From Psammoneis japonica (lineage: Eukaryota): a stretch of DNA of 64,000 bases. Under the pieces are notes generated by a model. The model made no database searches and was not told the origin of the DNA. It saw only the letters and a list, made by a program, of their open reading frames with translations. Each line of letters begins with the position of its first letter. Positions within the stretch are counted from its first letter, which is position 1. The position numbers and the translations under genes are program-made. The DNA is taken from NCBI GenBank assembly GCA_008632985.1, contig QPGO01000071.1:62001-126000 (forward strand), read 5' to 3'. This document shows positions 13,769 through 24,845 of this stretch, in pieces.

Positions 13769-14358
13769 ACACTGGTCAGTTTCGAGACTAAGAAGGCATC
13801 AAGCGTTGGCGTGTCTTTGCTTGATCCGTCATTCCGGAAACTCAGGTCGCCATTCCCTCGCTCGATAGCCTTTGGATCGAAACTCCACGTTGTTTTGCGA
13901 GTTGTACCGTTGCTCAAATACTCCATCTCTTCGTTACTCTACATTTAGACATCACGAGTGATGATTGATTGGAGCTCGTCGCTCACCACCTTAGAAGACG
14001 AAACGATTTATAAATCAGACCAAATGTACTTTATCTTATCGCCCTCGCTAAGAAGCAAAAAGGTGGTTGGAGCTCGAAAACATACTACTTGTTTCACAAA
14101 TGACATCGATCACGAAGCACTCAAAATTCGATTTCCTTGGGGCACATAGGACATTATCTGTTATCCATTGTCGAGCTCCATTTGATCGTTTCGGCCTGTC
14201 CCCCAAGCTCGCCATCCGTGTTCTCCCGACGTCGCGCCCACAGAGAACGTGTAGGTCTCACTAAGTAGATCCAAAAAGGAGTCGTCTTCAATACTCTAGT
14301 AGTGTATCTCGGTTGTATCAATGACTCTTTCTACTGAGCTGCTTCTTAGGACAAGTCA

Positions 14359-17300
14359 TCAACATTTCCGTCGCGTTCTTCGGAACTGCCGCTGACAACG
14401 TTTGAGTGAGCGAAAAGAGCGAAGAAACACCAAGCACAAAAGACCAAGCTCCTGTAGTAACAGTAGAGCTTGCCACTCATCCGCCTGGTCCATTTCCAAG
14501 GCACCATTCGAATACATCAGCTGTCGGGCAATCACCGGAGCAGGACGTTTGAGACGACCGTGCCTACCGGGTGCTATTGCGGTTGAGTAGTAGGGAAGCC
14601 ACGGTGAATCCTTTGTGAATACGGCAAAATCGTACCATAGTGCCCGTTTTGTGTCTCTCGTGTCGTTGTTTTCCTTGTAAACACCCCTACTGTACATGTG
14701 AATGCGAGGGACCATACCCGTCAATTCTCCGTAATGGCGGTTATCCTTTGTGCGAGGAGTCTCGGTTGTTATCTTGGACCACGTGATTTCTGTTGCATTG
14801 CCGTGTGGACCAACATGGATTCTTCGCATCACTCTATGGTTCTGACAATGCAAAAGAGAAGCAACGCTGACAGAAAGCGTATGTTGACTTTTATCACATG
14901 GTACGAAATCGAACTGGAGCAATCTGATATCACCCATAATTGGGAATCTCTCGACTCCAGTTACAGAGATATCACCAGGTGCGAATTCTGAAAACGGACT
15001 GCGGCCAAGAGCAATATTGAGAGCGCTGCCAAAAAGGCAGGGTCCGGTAAGATACAAATGTCCGAGGGCCAGCCCAGTCGAGGTTTGAGGATCGGGGCAA
15101 AGATTATTCATCAAATCTGGAAGGGTGTCGCGGTTCAAAACCTGGCTGACTATTCTCGACAAAGCAATTGCTATTGCTGGATGTCCGGGATAAGTTGCAA
15201 TCAAACCAGAAAGAAGACAGCTAGAGCGAATGCCTTCACGTTCAATCCTTGCACTTTGATCAACGGTTGCCAACAACCCGATCTCGTCTCGATGTAACAG
15301 TTGCTCCAACTCCAACTCCCCTTCACCAGAATAATGGACATCGTTGTCAACGTAAACCCCACCATTGATGAGAAGACATGCATATCGAAAAAGATCCGAT
15401 TTGAAGGCACCGGGTATCAACGTGTCGTAGGCTTCCAGGACAATTGATGGGAAATGCTGGGCAAGAAACGATCGAGCAGATTCGTTATCGAAGACCTTGT
15501 AGTCATAACCATCTAGGCTCTTCCACTTTTCCATCATGAGGTGAGTTTGCTGATAGGCTTTATCTGAACCATCGGGAATGGGGTCCAACGAGTACCAAAA
15601 CTGGCTTATGACTCGTGGAATCAGTTTGGAGCTACTGCCATCGCTGGTGAATGACGGGGCATTACTCACATTGACAGGAAACTCATGCCACTCCGTGGTG
15701 TCTTTCGTTGTTGTTTTGGAATCGACGTCGTCACACGTGAACAAGTGTTCACAGGAACAGGTGCAAGAAAACAGTTGGGAGCAGACACTGCAATTGCCCA
15801 TATCAATTGATCTGAGGCAAAGCTGACATTCATACTCCCAGCAAGGTACTTTTGGGAACTCATCTTTTGAGTAATGCCATTTCCCGGCTTTTCGAAAACC
15901 AGCTTGGATGTATCCAGTATGATCAGTAGGGTCATTGACTTGCATCGTTTTGTTATACAAAAGGGTAGAGCCAAAATGAGATTCCATTGGTTTCGCTTTG
16001 GGTAGGACACTTTCGGTGATTGGTGCTTCGAGGATCTCCTTGTTTGGTCTCGCATACTCTCCAACTCGGGCCCGTTGAAAGAGACGGGGGAATAGTCGCA
16101 ACGCCTCTTGTGTTCTGCTCCCAGTCGGAATCCTTGATAAAGGTTTATGCAATGATGCGTGGTCCTTCCCACAGTACCCCGTGGCCGTATAGTCAATTTG
16201 TAGAAGACCGCGCCATCCTTCTAGGTTCTTTTCAGCCCTGTGAAACACGTGCGTATCCTCAATCCATACGGTACCAGCATTTCCAAATAAAGTCTCTTGT
16301 TGCTGCGTAAAGATGTTTTGTTTTAGGTAATCCTCTGGAAGAACTTGAGATGCCATGGAGAGTGCATACTCTTCAATTAACTGTGTGTACCCTGGAACTC
16401 TCTTTCTAGTCCGACGCGATGGTCCCATGACATTTTGAGTGTAGGGAATGTAAGTGTGTGGCCCAAGTTTCGGATCGGTGGCATCCGTGAGATAGACAAA
16501 GACTTTGACAGATCGAGCTGAATTAAAGTCCTTGTGCCAAGTATCAAATGAAAACTTTGTTGTATTTCCGTCTTCGCGTGCGACGTTCATAAAGACATCT
16601 ACCGTCCGGATGACGGGCGGTGCGCCCAATAGGTCCTGCAGGACATCCAAAATAAAAGGATCATAAGCAATCTGCTGGACTTTAGCTAGTTCAAGTCCTT
16701 GGTTCAAGTCATGCAACATGAAGGTACCGTAGTATTGCTTGTCGCGTGCAACTTCTGGTGTAAGTCCCTTCAAGGTCCATCCGTGCGCCATCTCCAAAAA
16801 GTCCTTGTCCTTTAGGTCGTCGGTCAAACCATCTACCCAATCCGAACTCATGGAGCGAGGTAATACCGAAAGGCCTTTTTCTCGTAACTCCTTCAGCGTT
16901 CTGTCTTTCTCAGCCTGAACGAGTGCTGCGTTTGGAAACAATTTCGCCATTTGGTAACTCTCACCCATTGTGATATCAGAAAAGTTGTGCCTACGTAAGA
17001 GATGGCCCATTTGTTGAACTGCCTCTGTTGCTGGTTTCATACTTCCCGCTCTGGTATTCAGCAAATAGAGGAGGTTTCGGTTTTGGGCATGGTTGTTGCA
17101 AAACGGATGGTGTCCACCTAAAGCTTCCGTGACGAGTAACTGTTCTGCAAGCCAGCAAGTGTTGTTGTAATTCCAAAACTCTGAATACTTCATTTGCAAT
17201 GGTGGTGCTTCACCTGGACTGGGGTTTAGCATGTCGCGCCGGTTTAAATGGTCAAGCAATTCTCGATCGAATTCACAACGTGGCTGTTCATTGGATGCAC

Positions 17301-17385
17301 TCCCCGGCTCGACACGGAAGATTATCATGACAAAAAGCCCTATCCATACAGATTCGAGGCCGACTGTCAATGCATTGAGTTTCAT
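14359..17385 (-). CDS. Secretory membrane-anchored fusion: PhyH-like 2OG-Fe(II) dioxygenase domain + Cys linker + GT32 (OCH1-like, DxD) glycosyltransferase, copy 1
   Basis: 1008 aa; signal peptide; WHKD...GPHTYIP...GTVWIEDT..FHRA; IPRVISQFW, AFKSDLFRY, GGVYVDND, TGP.LFG; C-terminal hydrophobic segment and basic tail. Confidence 0.85.
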   Translation of the reverse strand: MKLNALTVGLESVWIGLFVMIIFRVEPGSASNEQPRCEFDRELLDHLNRRDMLNPSPGEAPPLQMKYSEFWNYNNTCWLAEQLLVTEALGGHHPFCNNHAQNRNLLYLLNTRAGSMKPATEAVQQMGHLLRRHNFSDITMGESYQMAKLFPNAALVQAEKDRTLKELREKGLSVLPRSMSSDWVDGLTDDLKDKDFLEMAHGWTLKGLTPEVARDKQYYGTFMLHDLNQGLELAKVQQIAYDPFILDVLQDLLGAPPVIRTVDVFMNVAREDGNTTKFSFDTWHKDFNSARSVKVFVYLTDATDPKLGPHTYIPYTQNVMGPSRRTRKRVPGYTQLIEEYALSMASQVLPEDYLKQNIFTQQQETLFGNAGTVWIEDTHVFHRAEKNLEGWRGLLQIDYTATGYCGKDHASLHKPLSRIPTGSRTQEALRLFPRLFQRARVGEYARPNKEILEAPITESVLPKAKPMESHFGSTLLYNKTMQVNDPTDHTGYIQAGFRKAGKWHYSKDEFPKVPCWEYECQLCLRSIDMGNCSVCSQLFSCTCSCEHLFTCDDVDSKTTTKDTTEWHEFPVNVSNAPSFTSDGSSSKLIPRVISQFWYSLDPIPDGSDKAYQQTHLMMEKWKSLDGYDYKVFDNESARSFLAQHFPSIVLEAYDTLIPGAFKSDLFRYACLLINGGVYVDNDVHYSGEGELELEQLLHRDEIGLLATVDQSARIEREGIRSSCLLSGLIATYPGHPAIAIALSRIVSQVLNRDTLPDLMNNLCPDPQTSTGLALGHLYLTGPCLFGSALNIALGRSPFSEFAPGDISVTGVERFPIMGDIRLLQFDFVPCDKSQHTLSVSVASLLHCQNHRVMRRIHVGPHGNATEITWSKITTETPRTKDNRHYGELTGMVPRIHMYSRGVYKENNDTRDTKRALWYDFAVFTKDSPWLPYYSTAIAPGRHGRLKRPAPVIARQLMYSNGALEMDQADEWQALLLLQELGLLCLVFLRSFRSLKRCQRQFRRTRRKC

Positions 17386-17799
17386 GGTTCAACAGCGTCA
17401 CTCTCTTCGAAACTATTGATCCAAACCACTAGTTCACAACACTCTCGTCTCTCGTCTCGTTTTGCCCAAGAAAAGGTGTGACGGTGTGACACAATCCTAA
17501 AAGCGAAAAGTGGCCGTCGGAAGAATGATGACGGCATGAGACTTTTCCTATTGTGGAGCTCGATATTCACCCTATTTATTTTTATTTGGCAACAAATAAA
17601 TTTCAAATGAGAGACACAAGAGCTCCAAATGGACATCATTGCGATTCCGCATAATGACAATGTCGCTGATGACTTAGGTTTTGGTTTTATCAAGGTCATT
17701 AAGGTCATTTGGACTTTTGCACGACATCGTCAAAAACCCGTTGAAAAATCGTTCGGTCTCGAAAATGAAAATGGCCGATTGCTTGGGGGACCGTTCATT

Positions 17800-20700
17800 G
17801 ACAGTTTTGCATGTGTCTGCCCGGTTGCCACAGCTGCTTCCCATGTCTCATGCATTGAAACCCTTGTGAATGTTGTGTGTTGTCAACCACACTGCTTCTT
17901 GTCTCCACCTGTGTGTGGCCTCTTTTGCTGACACAAGCAGGTGGTCTGTTTTGGGGTGTCCCATCAACAATGATTTCTCTGTTGTTGCTTTTGCTGGCTT
18001 GTTGCCTCCTCTCATTTACCCATCATGTTGTTTGACCCATGTGTGTGCCTTGCAGGAGGTTTGGGTGCACAAAAATTGTGGCTTTTGTGTCGTGGTGCAG
18101 AGAGGCCCAGCAGTTGTTGCACCCGCCCATTGTGATGATGCGCCAAGTGACTGACCTTGAGCAACTTGGAATGGAAAGCATCTCTGCAAATGGGGACATT
18201 TTGACAAATGTCAAAAAAATTTCATCTCAAACAACTGCATGCATGGGGGTGACTTTGTGAGACCAGCTCACAATGAAAAGTCTTTCAGCTCAGCCAATCT
18301 TCTTTTCAAGCCATCTTCCTCAACCTTCTTGTGTTAAAGAGCAATGGAGACATGGGTGTTCACTTGCATGTTGCAAGACATCACTCACTGGAAATTCAGA
18401 TTTGACATGTCCCATCTCTGCAATTAATCTGGAATGGGTGGTGGCAGGGTGGAAGCTCAGCTTGAAAATTTGTCGCTCCTGATGATGGCAGCATCAGCAT
18501 GAATTCGTTGTCAAAAATGCCAAAGTGCTGCTCTGCATTTTTGCTCTCCAGTCTACCAACTCTCTCCAAATTAATGACATCAAGGTAGAACCATGATTGC
18601 AGTTGCTTTGCTTGGGCATCAAAAGATTCCTTGGACCCAAGAAGCTGCTGCTCTGTGCACAGGAAAACCCAGGAACAGTGTGTGTCGTTTTCTTGAAGGC
18701 AGCTTTGAAAGCAGCCCCCCCCTGGCTGTCTCACTCTTGGTCACTTCCACACCAATTTTCTGCACTGCCACTGTCTTGCACTGCTGCAATTGGATCATTC
18801 ATTGACTTTCCCTCACTTTTCTGCGCCAGTGTGAAGTCAGAGGTGGCTGGAAATCTGGCTCTTGGTGGGTGGACACAGAATGGCACCATGTGATGTGGCA
18901 TCACAGGTGACTGAGCCAGTGCTTTCTTGCAAAACAAAAGTTCTGACACCAAACACAGCACCACAATGATCGCATCAGTGTGGCACAAGATTTGGGCTGG
19001 CTCCTGCAACAGCGCTGCAGTGGTGGCAGGTCTGTGCACTCATCCTGAGAAGCTTGCCTGCCACATCAGTTTGGAGCAAGTCCACTCTGTTAGAAGCCCT
19101 GTGCAGGCCTCTGCAAAATCCAGCACAAATTTTGACAGTGTTTGCATCATGCACATGGCAATGCACTCTCATGTTGATGTGCACACAGCATGCACTGCAC
19201 TGGTGTTGGAGCTCCCACGCACATGTTTGGTGTGTGGTTTTACTTTTTGCCAGCTCATGACCCACAAAAAACTCAATTGCTTGACTCATGTCATGCTGTG
19301 CCACACAAACATGACAAAAGAAACACAGCACTTTGTCTCTTGTCTTTGGTTTGATCCAGTGGATTGGTGGCAGCACAGGTGTGAAGAAGCACCCACCAGT
19401 GTTGACAGAGTTGACACACTGGTGCCTCATTGGGGAACAACTCTTGAGCTGCTCAGCGATGCAGTGCCTGACTGTTGGGCTGGAGCATTTGCAGCCACAG
19501 AGAGCACCATGCATGATTTGCATGAGCAAGAGTTTGTTTTCATCATGACATGGCAGTCTGATGGACATTCAAGAAAGTGGCAGAGATGCACTGCCCACTG
19601 CCACTGTTCCATGCACCTGGAGTCAGTTGCAGGTGATCTCTTTTTGAGTGCCTTCAATGCTTCACCACCTTTCACACAAGCAAGCTCAGAGATTTGCATG
19701 TCAAGCCATGCTGTGCAAATGACAACACAGCAAAGGCGCACATTGACTCAATCTTGATTGTGTGCTTTGATGGGTTCAGTGATTGGCTGAATGAAGCAGA
19801 AGGCAGGAGCAACATCACAAGTGCTTTTCTGCAAATTGCTGCCAAAAAGAATTTTTTCTTGAGAGGCAGTGGAATTGCCCCCATGTTTTGCATCCTGGAA
19901 GCAGCACAAAGGAGAGTGACAGGTCCTGCACTGACATGGGAAATCATGTGGGTGTGCTGCTGCCCTGCCAAATTGAGTTCAGTGACCCAGAGACTTGCAG
20001 CAAGAAGTCATTGCCCAGTGGGGTCTCAACCTGTGTTTTGTTGTGGTTGGGTGGAAAGATGGGAGCAACATGACAAGTGCTTTTCTGCAGAGTTGCTGCC
20101 AAAAAGATTTTTTTCTGGAGGCTGTGGAATTGTCCCCATGTTTTGCATCCTAGAAGCAGCAAAAAGGAGAATGATGGGTCTTGCAACATCAGAAATGTGG
20201 GTGTGTTGTTGCCCTGCCACATTGAGCTCAGCAACCCAGAGATTTGCAGCAAAAAGCCATTGTTGTCCAATGGAGTCAATCTGTGTTTTTTGTTGTGGTG
20301 GGGTGGAAAGACAGGAGCAACAGCACAAGTGCTTTTCTGCAGAGTTGCTGCAAAAAAATTCTTTCTGGAGGCAGTGGAATTGTCCCCATGTTTTGCATCC
20401 TGGAAGCAGCACAAAGGAGAATGATGGGTCCTGCAACATCAGAAATGTGGGTGTGTTGTTGCCCTGCCAAGAGTTGAGCTCAGCAACCCAGAGTCTTGCA
20501 GCAAGAAGCAATTGTCCAATGGGGTCAACCTGCATTTTGTTGTGGCAGGGTGGCTGTTGGTGTGTGCACTGCAGCACAGTGTGCATGTGACAGCTGTCTC
20601 GAGCTGAATGGGGTTCTCAAACATTTGGGCACTTTTCAAATTGAACCTGTTGGATTTGCTGCCCAGAACATGGCCACCACTGATGAACATCTGGCACATT

Positions 20701-21050
20701 TCAAGGGGATTGATTTAGTGCTTGAGGTTCAGAAAGCTGGGAGAGGCGGTTGAGAACAGAAGGCATGCAATGAGCAGAAGGAAGTGAGTCTTTGTGGAAT
20801 GTGCTCTCCAGCATCTGGTCACTCGCTCACTCTCCCGTTTTGTTGTTGTCAACACAGAGAAGACCTTTGGTGGCAGGGGGTCCATGAGAGGACATTTGTT
20901 ATTTTGTTCTGTTTCTGCAGACATGGCAGGTCCAGAATCATTCTCAGGGTTGCAGCCCAACATTGTGAGAGTTGATTCAGTCAATCCCATCAGCGATGAG
21001 CTTTTCCTGCAAGTCTGTTTCCTGGTGCTGCTGACAACAATGCTCGCTTG
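17800..21050. other. Hypermutated island 1 (TpA- and CpG-depleted, TpG/CpA-rich)
   Basis: Manual count gives about 11 TpA and under about 20 CpG in about 3.2 kb, while both are common in the flanking genes. Confidence 0.92.
19800..20550. repeat. Three diverged tandem copies of a ~255-bp unit inside island 1
   Basis: acaagtgcttttctgca near 19817, 20073 and 20325; each followed by ggaattg.ccccatgttttgcatcct.gaagcagca. Confidence 0.9.
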
Positions 21051-21815
21051 GAACAATTCAAGGAACTTGTAACAGTTAGAAAATTACCTCCGGCAGATGA
21101 GAGGGATCTCAACGAGCACATTCAAACCCTGGCCAATGACTGTTTGTCAAAATGGGGTAATCTACACGGAGTTGGACCGTTTCCTTCAGGAACTTCGTCA
21201 TTGGGAGCAACAAGGCGCCCTTGCAGAGTGCTTGAGTTGCTTGTCTGAGGATGCCAACGTCGACGAAGTTCAACGGTTATTAGAGGGATTTCGTGGCCAT
21301 GGTGTCATTGACTTGACACGTGCTAACGACATGGTTGATGGGGCGACAGGACTGCACGCCGTGAAATTATGAATGCCCGCAATGAAGCAGCACAGCGTGG
21401 TAACCCAGAAAGGGTGCCAGCCAGCAATTCAGGAGACTCTTCTGATAGTGAAACGGAACTGAGAAATTTGGTCTGACAATGCGAAGATAATAAATGGGCC
21501 GGAAGCTCTGCATTCTGCATTATAACTACGTAGTGAACGAACGAAAACGATTGAGTTCTTCAAGACAACTGAGTGGTACGACTACAGTTTTGTAGAGCTT
21601 TTTCCTAATGACGGTTGTATAAGGTGAAGGGGAAAGCAAAAATGCAGAGCAGGCTGTTCCCCAACCTCTACAATTTGATTATTTGCAATTGCCAATTGTC
21701 CCCACTCGGTAGATCCAAACAGGAGTCGTATTCAATACCCGTTGTGGCTCTTGGATTTATCGATGAATCTTGCTACTAAGGCGTTTCTTAATCAGCTTTT
21801 CTTGGGACAAAGTCA

Positions 21816-24800
21816 TCAACATTTCCGTCGCGTTCTCCGGAACTGCCGCTGACAACGTTTGAGTGAGCGAATATAGCGAATAAACAACAAGCACAAAAAA
21901 CCAAGCCCCTGTAGTATCAGTAGAGCTTGCCACTCATCCGCCTGGACCATTTCCAAGGCACCATTCGAATACATCGTCTCTTGGTCAATCACCGAACCAG
22001 GACGCTTGAGTCGACCGTGCCTTCCGGGCGCTATAGCGGTTGTGTAGTAGGGAAGCCACGATGAATTCTTTGTGGATACGGCAAAGTCGTACCATAGCGC
22101 CCGGTTTGTGTCTCTTGTGTCATTGTTTTCCTTGTAAATCCCGCGACTGTACATGTGGACGGGAGGGACCATACCAGTCAATTTCCCATAGTGTTGGTTC
22201 TCCTTTGTACGAGGAGTCTCTGGTGTTAACTTGGACCACGTAACTTCTGTGACGTTGCCATGTGGATCAACATGGATTCTTCGCATCACCTTTTGGCCCT
22301 TCTTACAATTGCCTCCAGAAAGAGTATGCTTGCTGTCTTGACATGGTACGAAATCGAACTGAAGCAACCTGATATCACCGATAATTGGAAATCTCTCGAC
22401 TCCAGTTACAGAGATATCTCCCGGTGTAAATTCTGAAAACGGACTACGGCCAAGAGCAATATTGACGGCGCTACCTACAAGGCAGGGTCCGGTAAGATAC
22501 AAATGTCCGAGTGTTAACACAGTCGATGTTTGAGGATCGGGGCAAAGATTGTTCATCAAATCTGGAAGGGTGTCGCGATTCAAGATCTGGCTGACTAGTC
22601 TCGACAAAGCAATTGCTAATGCTGGATGTCCGGGATAACTTGCAATCAAACCAGAAAGAAGACAGCTAGAACGGACGCCTTTACCTTCAATCCCGGCACT
22701 TTGATCAACAGATGTCAGCAACCCGATTTCGTCTTGCTGTAAAAGTCGCTCCAACTCCTCCTCTACACCAGGAAAATAGAGATCGTTGTCGACGTAAATA
22801 CCGCCATTGATGAGAAGCGACGCATATCGAAAAAGATCCGATTTAAACGCACCGGGTATCAGCGTGTCGTAGGCTTCCAGGACAACTGATGGGAAATTCT
22901 GGGCAAGAAACGATCGAGCAGTTTCGTTATCGAAGACCTTGTAATCAAAGCCATCTAGATTCTTCCATTTGTTCATCATGAGGTGCGTTTGCTGGTATGC
23001 TTTACCTGAACCATCAGGAATGGGATCCAATGAGTACCAGAACTGGATTATGACACGAGGAATCAATTTGGTGATACCGCCGTGGCGAGAGAGTGATGGC
23101 GCATTACTCACATTGACCGGAAATTCATGCCTATCCAAAGTATCTTTGGTTATTGTATTGGAATCGGTATTGTCACATGTAAACAAGTGTTCACAGGAAC
23201 AGGTGCAAGAATGTAATTGCGAGCACAACTTGCAATTGCCCAACCCCTTTGCTTTCAGGCAGCGCTGACATCCATACTCCCAACAGGGTACTTCAGGCAG
23301 CTCATCTTTTGAATAATTCCAATTTCCAGCTTTTTGAAAGCCAGCTTGGACGTAACCAGCATGATCTGTAGGGTCATTGACTTGCATCGCCTCATCGTAT
23401 AAAAGGGTACCGGCAAAATGAGACTCCAATGGTTTCGCTTTGGGTAGGACACTTTTGGCGATGGGCGATTCGAGAATCTTTTCATTTGGTTTCGCATACT
23501 CTCCAACTTGGGCTCGTTGAAAGAGTCGAGGGAACAGTCGCAACGCCTCTTGTGTTTTGTTCCCCGTCGGTATCCTTGACAGCGGTTTATGCAATGATGC
23601 GTGGTCCTTCCCGCAGTATCCCGTGGCCGTATAGTCAATTTGTAGGAGACCACGCCATCCTTCTAGATTTTTCTCGGCCTTGTGAAACACGTGCGTATCC
23701 TCAATCCATACGGTACCGGCATGTCCAAATAGGGCCTCTTGTTGCTGCGTAAAGATGTTCTGTTTTAGGTAATCCTCTGGCAGAACTTGAGATGCCATGG
23801 AGAGTGCATACTCTTCAATTAACTGTGTGTACCCTGGTACGCTCTTTTCAGTCGGATACGATGGTCCCATTACATTTTGAGTGTAAGGAATGTAAGTATG
23901 CGGTCCAAGCCTTGGATCGGTGGCATTCGTGAGGAAGACAAAGACTTTGACAGACCGAGCTGAATTAAAGTCCTTGTGCCAAGTATCAAATGAAAACTTT
24001 GTCGTATTTCCGTCTTCGCGTGCGACGTTCATAAAGACATCTACCGTCCGGATGACGGGCGGTGCGCCCAATAGGTCCTGGAGGACATCCAAAATAAAAG
24101 GATCATAAGCAATCTGCTGAACTCGAGCAATTTCAAGTCCTTGGTTCAAGTCATGCAACATGAAGGTACCGTAGTATTCCTTGTCGCTAGCCACTTGTGG
24201 TGTAAGTCCCTTCAAGGTCCATCCGTGCGCCATTTCTAAAAAGTCCTTGTCCTTTAGGTCGTTGGTCAAACCATCTAACCAATCCAAACTCATGGAACGA
24301 GGTAATACCGAAAGACCCTTTCCTCGTAACTCTTTGAGAGTCCTTTCTTTTTCAGCCTGAATGAGTTTCGTGTTTGGAAACAACGACTCCATTTGGTGAC
24401 TCTCAGCCATTGTGATTTTGGAAAAGTCGGACTTTCGCAAAAGATGTCCCATTTGTTGAACTGCCTCTGTTGCTGGCTTCATACTTCCCGCTCGGGTGGT
24501 CAGCAAATAGAGGAGGTTTCGGTTTTGGGCATGGTTGTTGCAAAACGGATGGTGTCCACCCAAAGCTTCCGTCACGAGCAACTGCTCGGCAAGCCAACAA
24601 GTATCTTTGTAACCCCAAAATTTGGTGTACCTAAATTGTAATGGTGGTGCTTTCCCTGGTGCACTCGGGTTGAGCATGCCTTTGCGATGTAAAGCGTCCA
24701 GCAAATCCGGATCGAATTCACACCGTGGTGGTTCCTTGTCGTTTCTCACTCTCGATTCGACAGAGCCAATGACAACAACAATGACAAGGACAGCTATCAT

Positions 24801-24845
24801 GTGCACAGCTTGGAGGCCGATAGACAACGTATTGAGTAGTTTCAT
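21816..24845 (-). CDS. PhyH-like dioxygenase + GT32 glycosyltransferase fusion, copy 2
   Basis: 1009 aa, collinear and highly similar to 14359-17385, including the 3' flank and upstream motifs. Confidence 0.85.
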   Translation of the reverse strand: MKLLNTLSIGLQAVHMIAVLVIVVVIGSVESRVRNDKEPPRCEFDPDLLDALHRKGMLNPSAPGKAPPLQFRYTKFWGYKDTCWLAEQLLVTEALGGHHPFCNNHAQNRNLLYLLTTRAGSMKPATEAVQQMGHLLRKSDFSKITMAESHQMESLFPNTKLIQAEKERTLKELRGKGLSVLPRSMSLDWLDGLTNDLKDKDFLEMAHGWTLKGLTPQVASDKEYYGTFMLHDLNQGLEIARVQQIAYDPFILDVLQDLLGAPPVIRTVDVFMNVAREDGNTTKFSFDTWHKDFNSARSVKVFVFLTNATDPRLGPHTYIPYTQNVMGPSYPTEKSVPGYTQLIEEYALSMASQVLPEDYLKQNIFTQQQEALFGHAGTVWIEDTHVFHKAEKNLEGWRGLLQIDYTATGYCGKDHASLHKPLSRIPTGNKTQEALRLFPRLFQRAQVGEYAKPNEKILESPIAKSVLPKAKPLESHFAGTLLYDEAMQVNDPTDHAGYVQAGFQKAGNWNYSKDELPEVPCWEYGCQRCLKAKGLGNCKLCSQLHSCTCSCEHLFTCDNTDSNTITKDTLDRHEFPVNVSNAPSLSRHGGITKLIPRVIIQFWYSLDPIPDGSGKAYQQTHLMMNKWKNLDGFDYKVFDNETARSFLAQNFPSVVLEAYDTLIPGAFKSDLFRYASLLINGGIYVDNDLYFPGVEEELERLLQQDEIGLLTSVDQSAGIEGKGVRSSCLLSGLIASYPGHPALAIALSRLVSQILNRDTLPDLMNNLCPDPQTSTVLTLGHLYLTGPCLVGSAVNIALGRSPFSEFTPGDISVTGVERFPIIGDIRLLQFDFVPCQDSKHTLSGGNCKKGQKVMRRIHVDPHGNVTEVTWSKLTPETPRTKENQHYGKLTGMVPPVHMYSRGIYKENNDTRDTNRALWYDFAVSTKNSSWLPYYTTAIAPGRHGRLKRPGSVIDQETMYSNGALEMVQADEWQALLILQGLGFLCLLFIRYIRSLKRCQRQFRRTRRKC

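Noticed and set aside
18927..20590. Long ORFs in islands as real proteins
   Set aside because: Explained by loss of TAA/TAG; overlapping on both strands; composition dominated by TG/CA codons.
17800..21050. Classical fungal RIP
   Set aside because: RIP enriches TpA and depletes CpA; the islands show the reverse, and adjacent duplicates are untouched.
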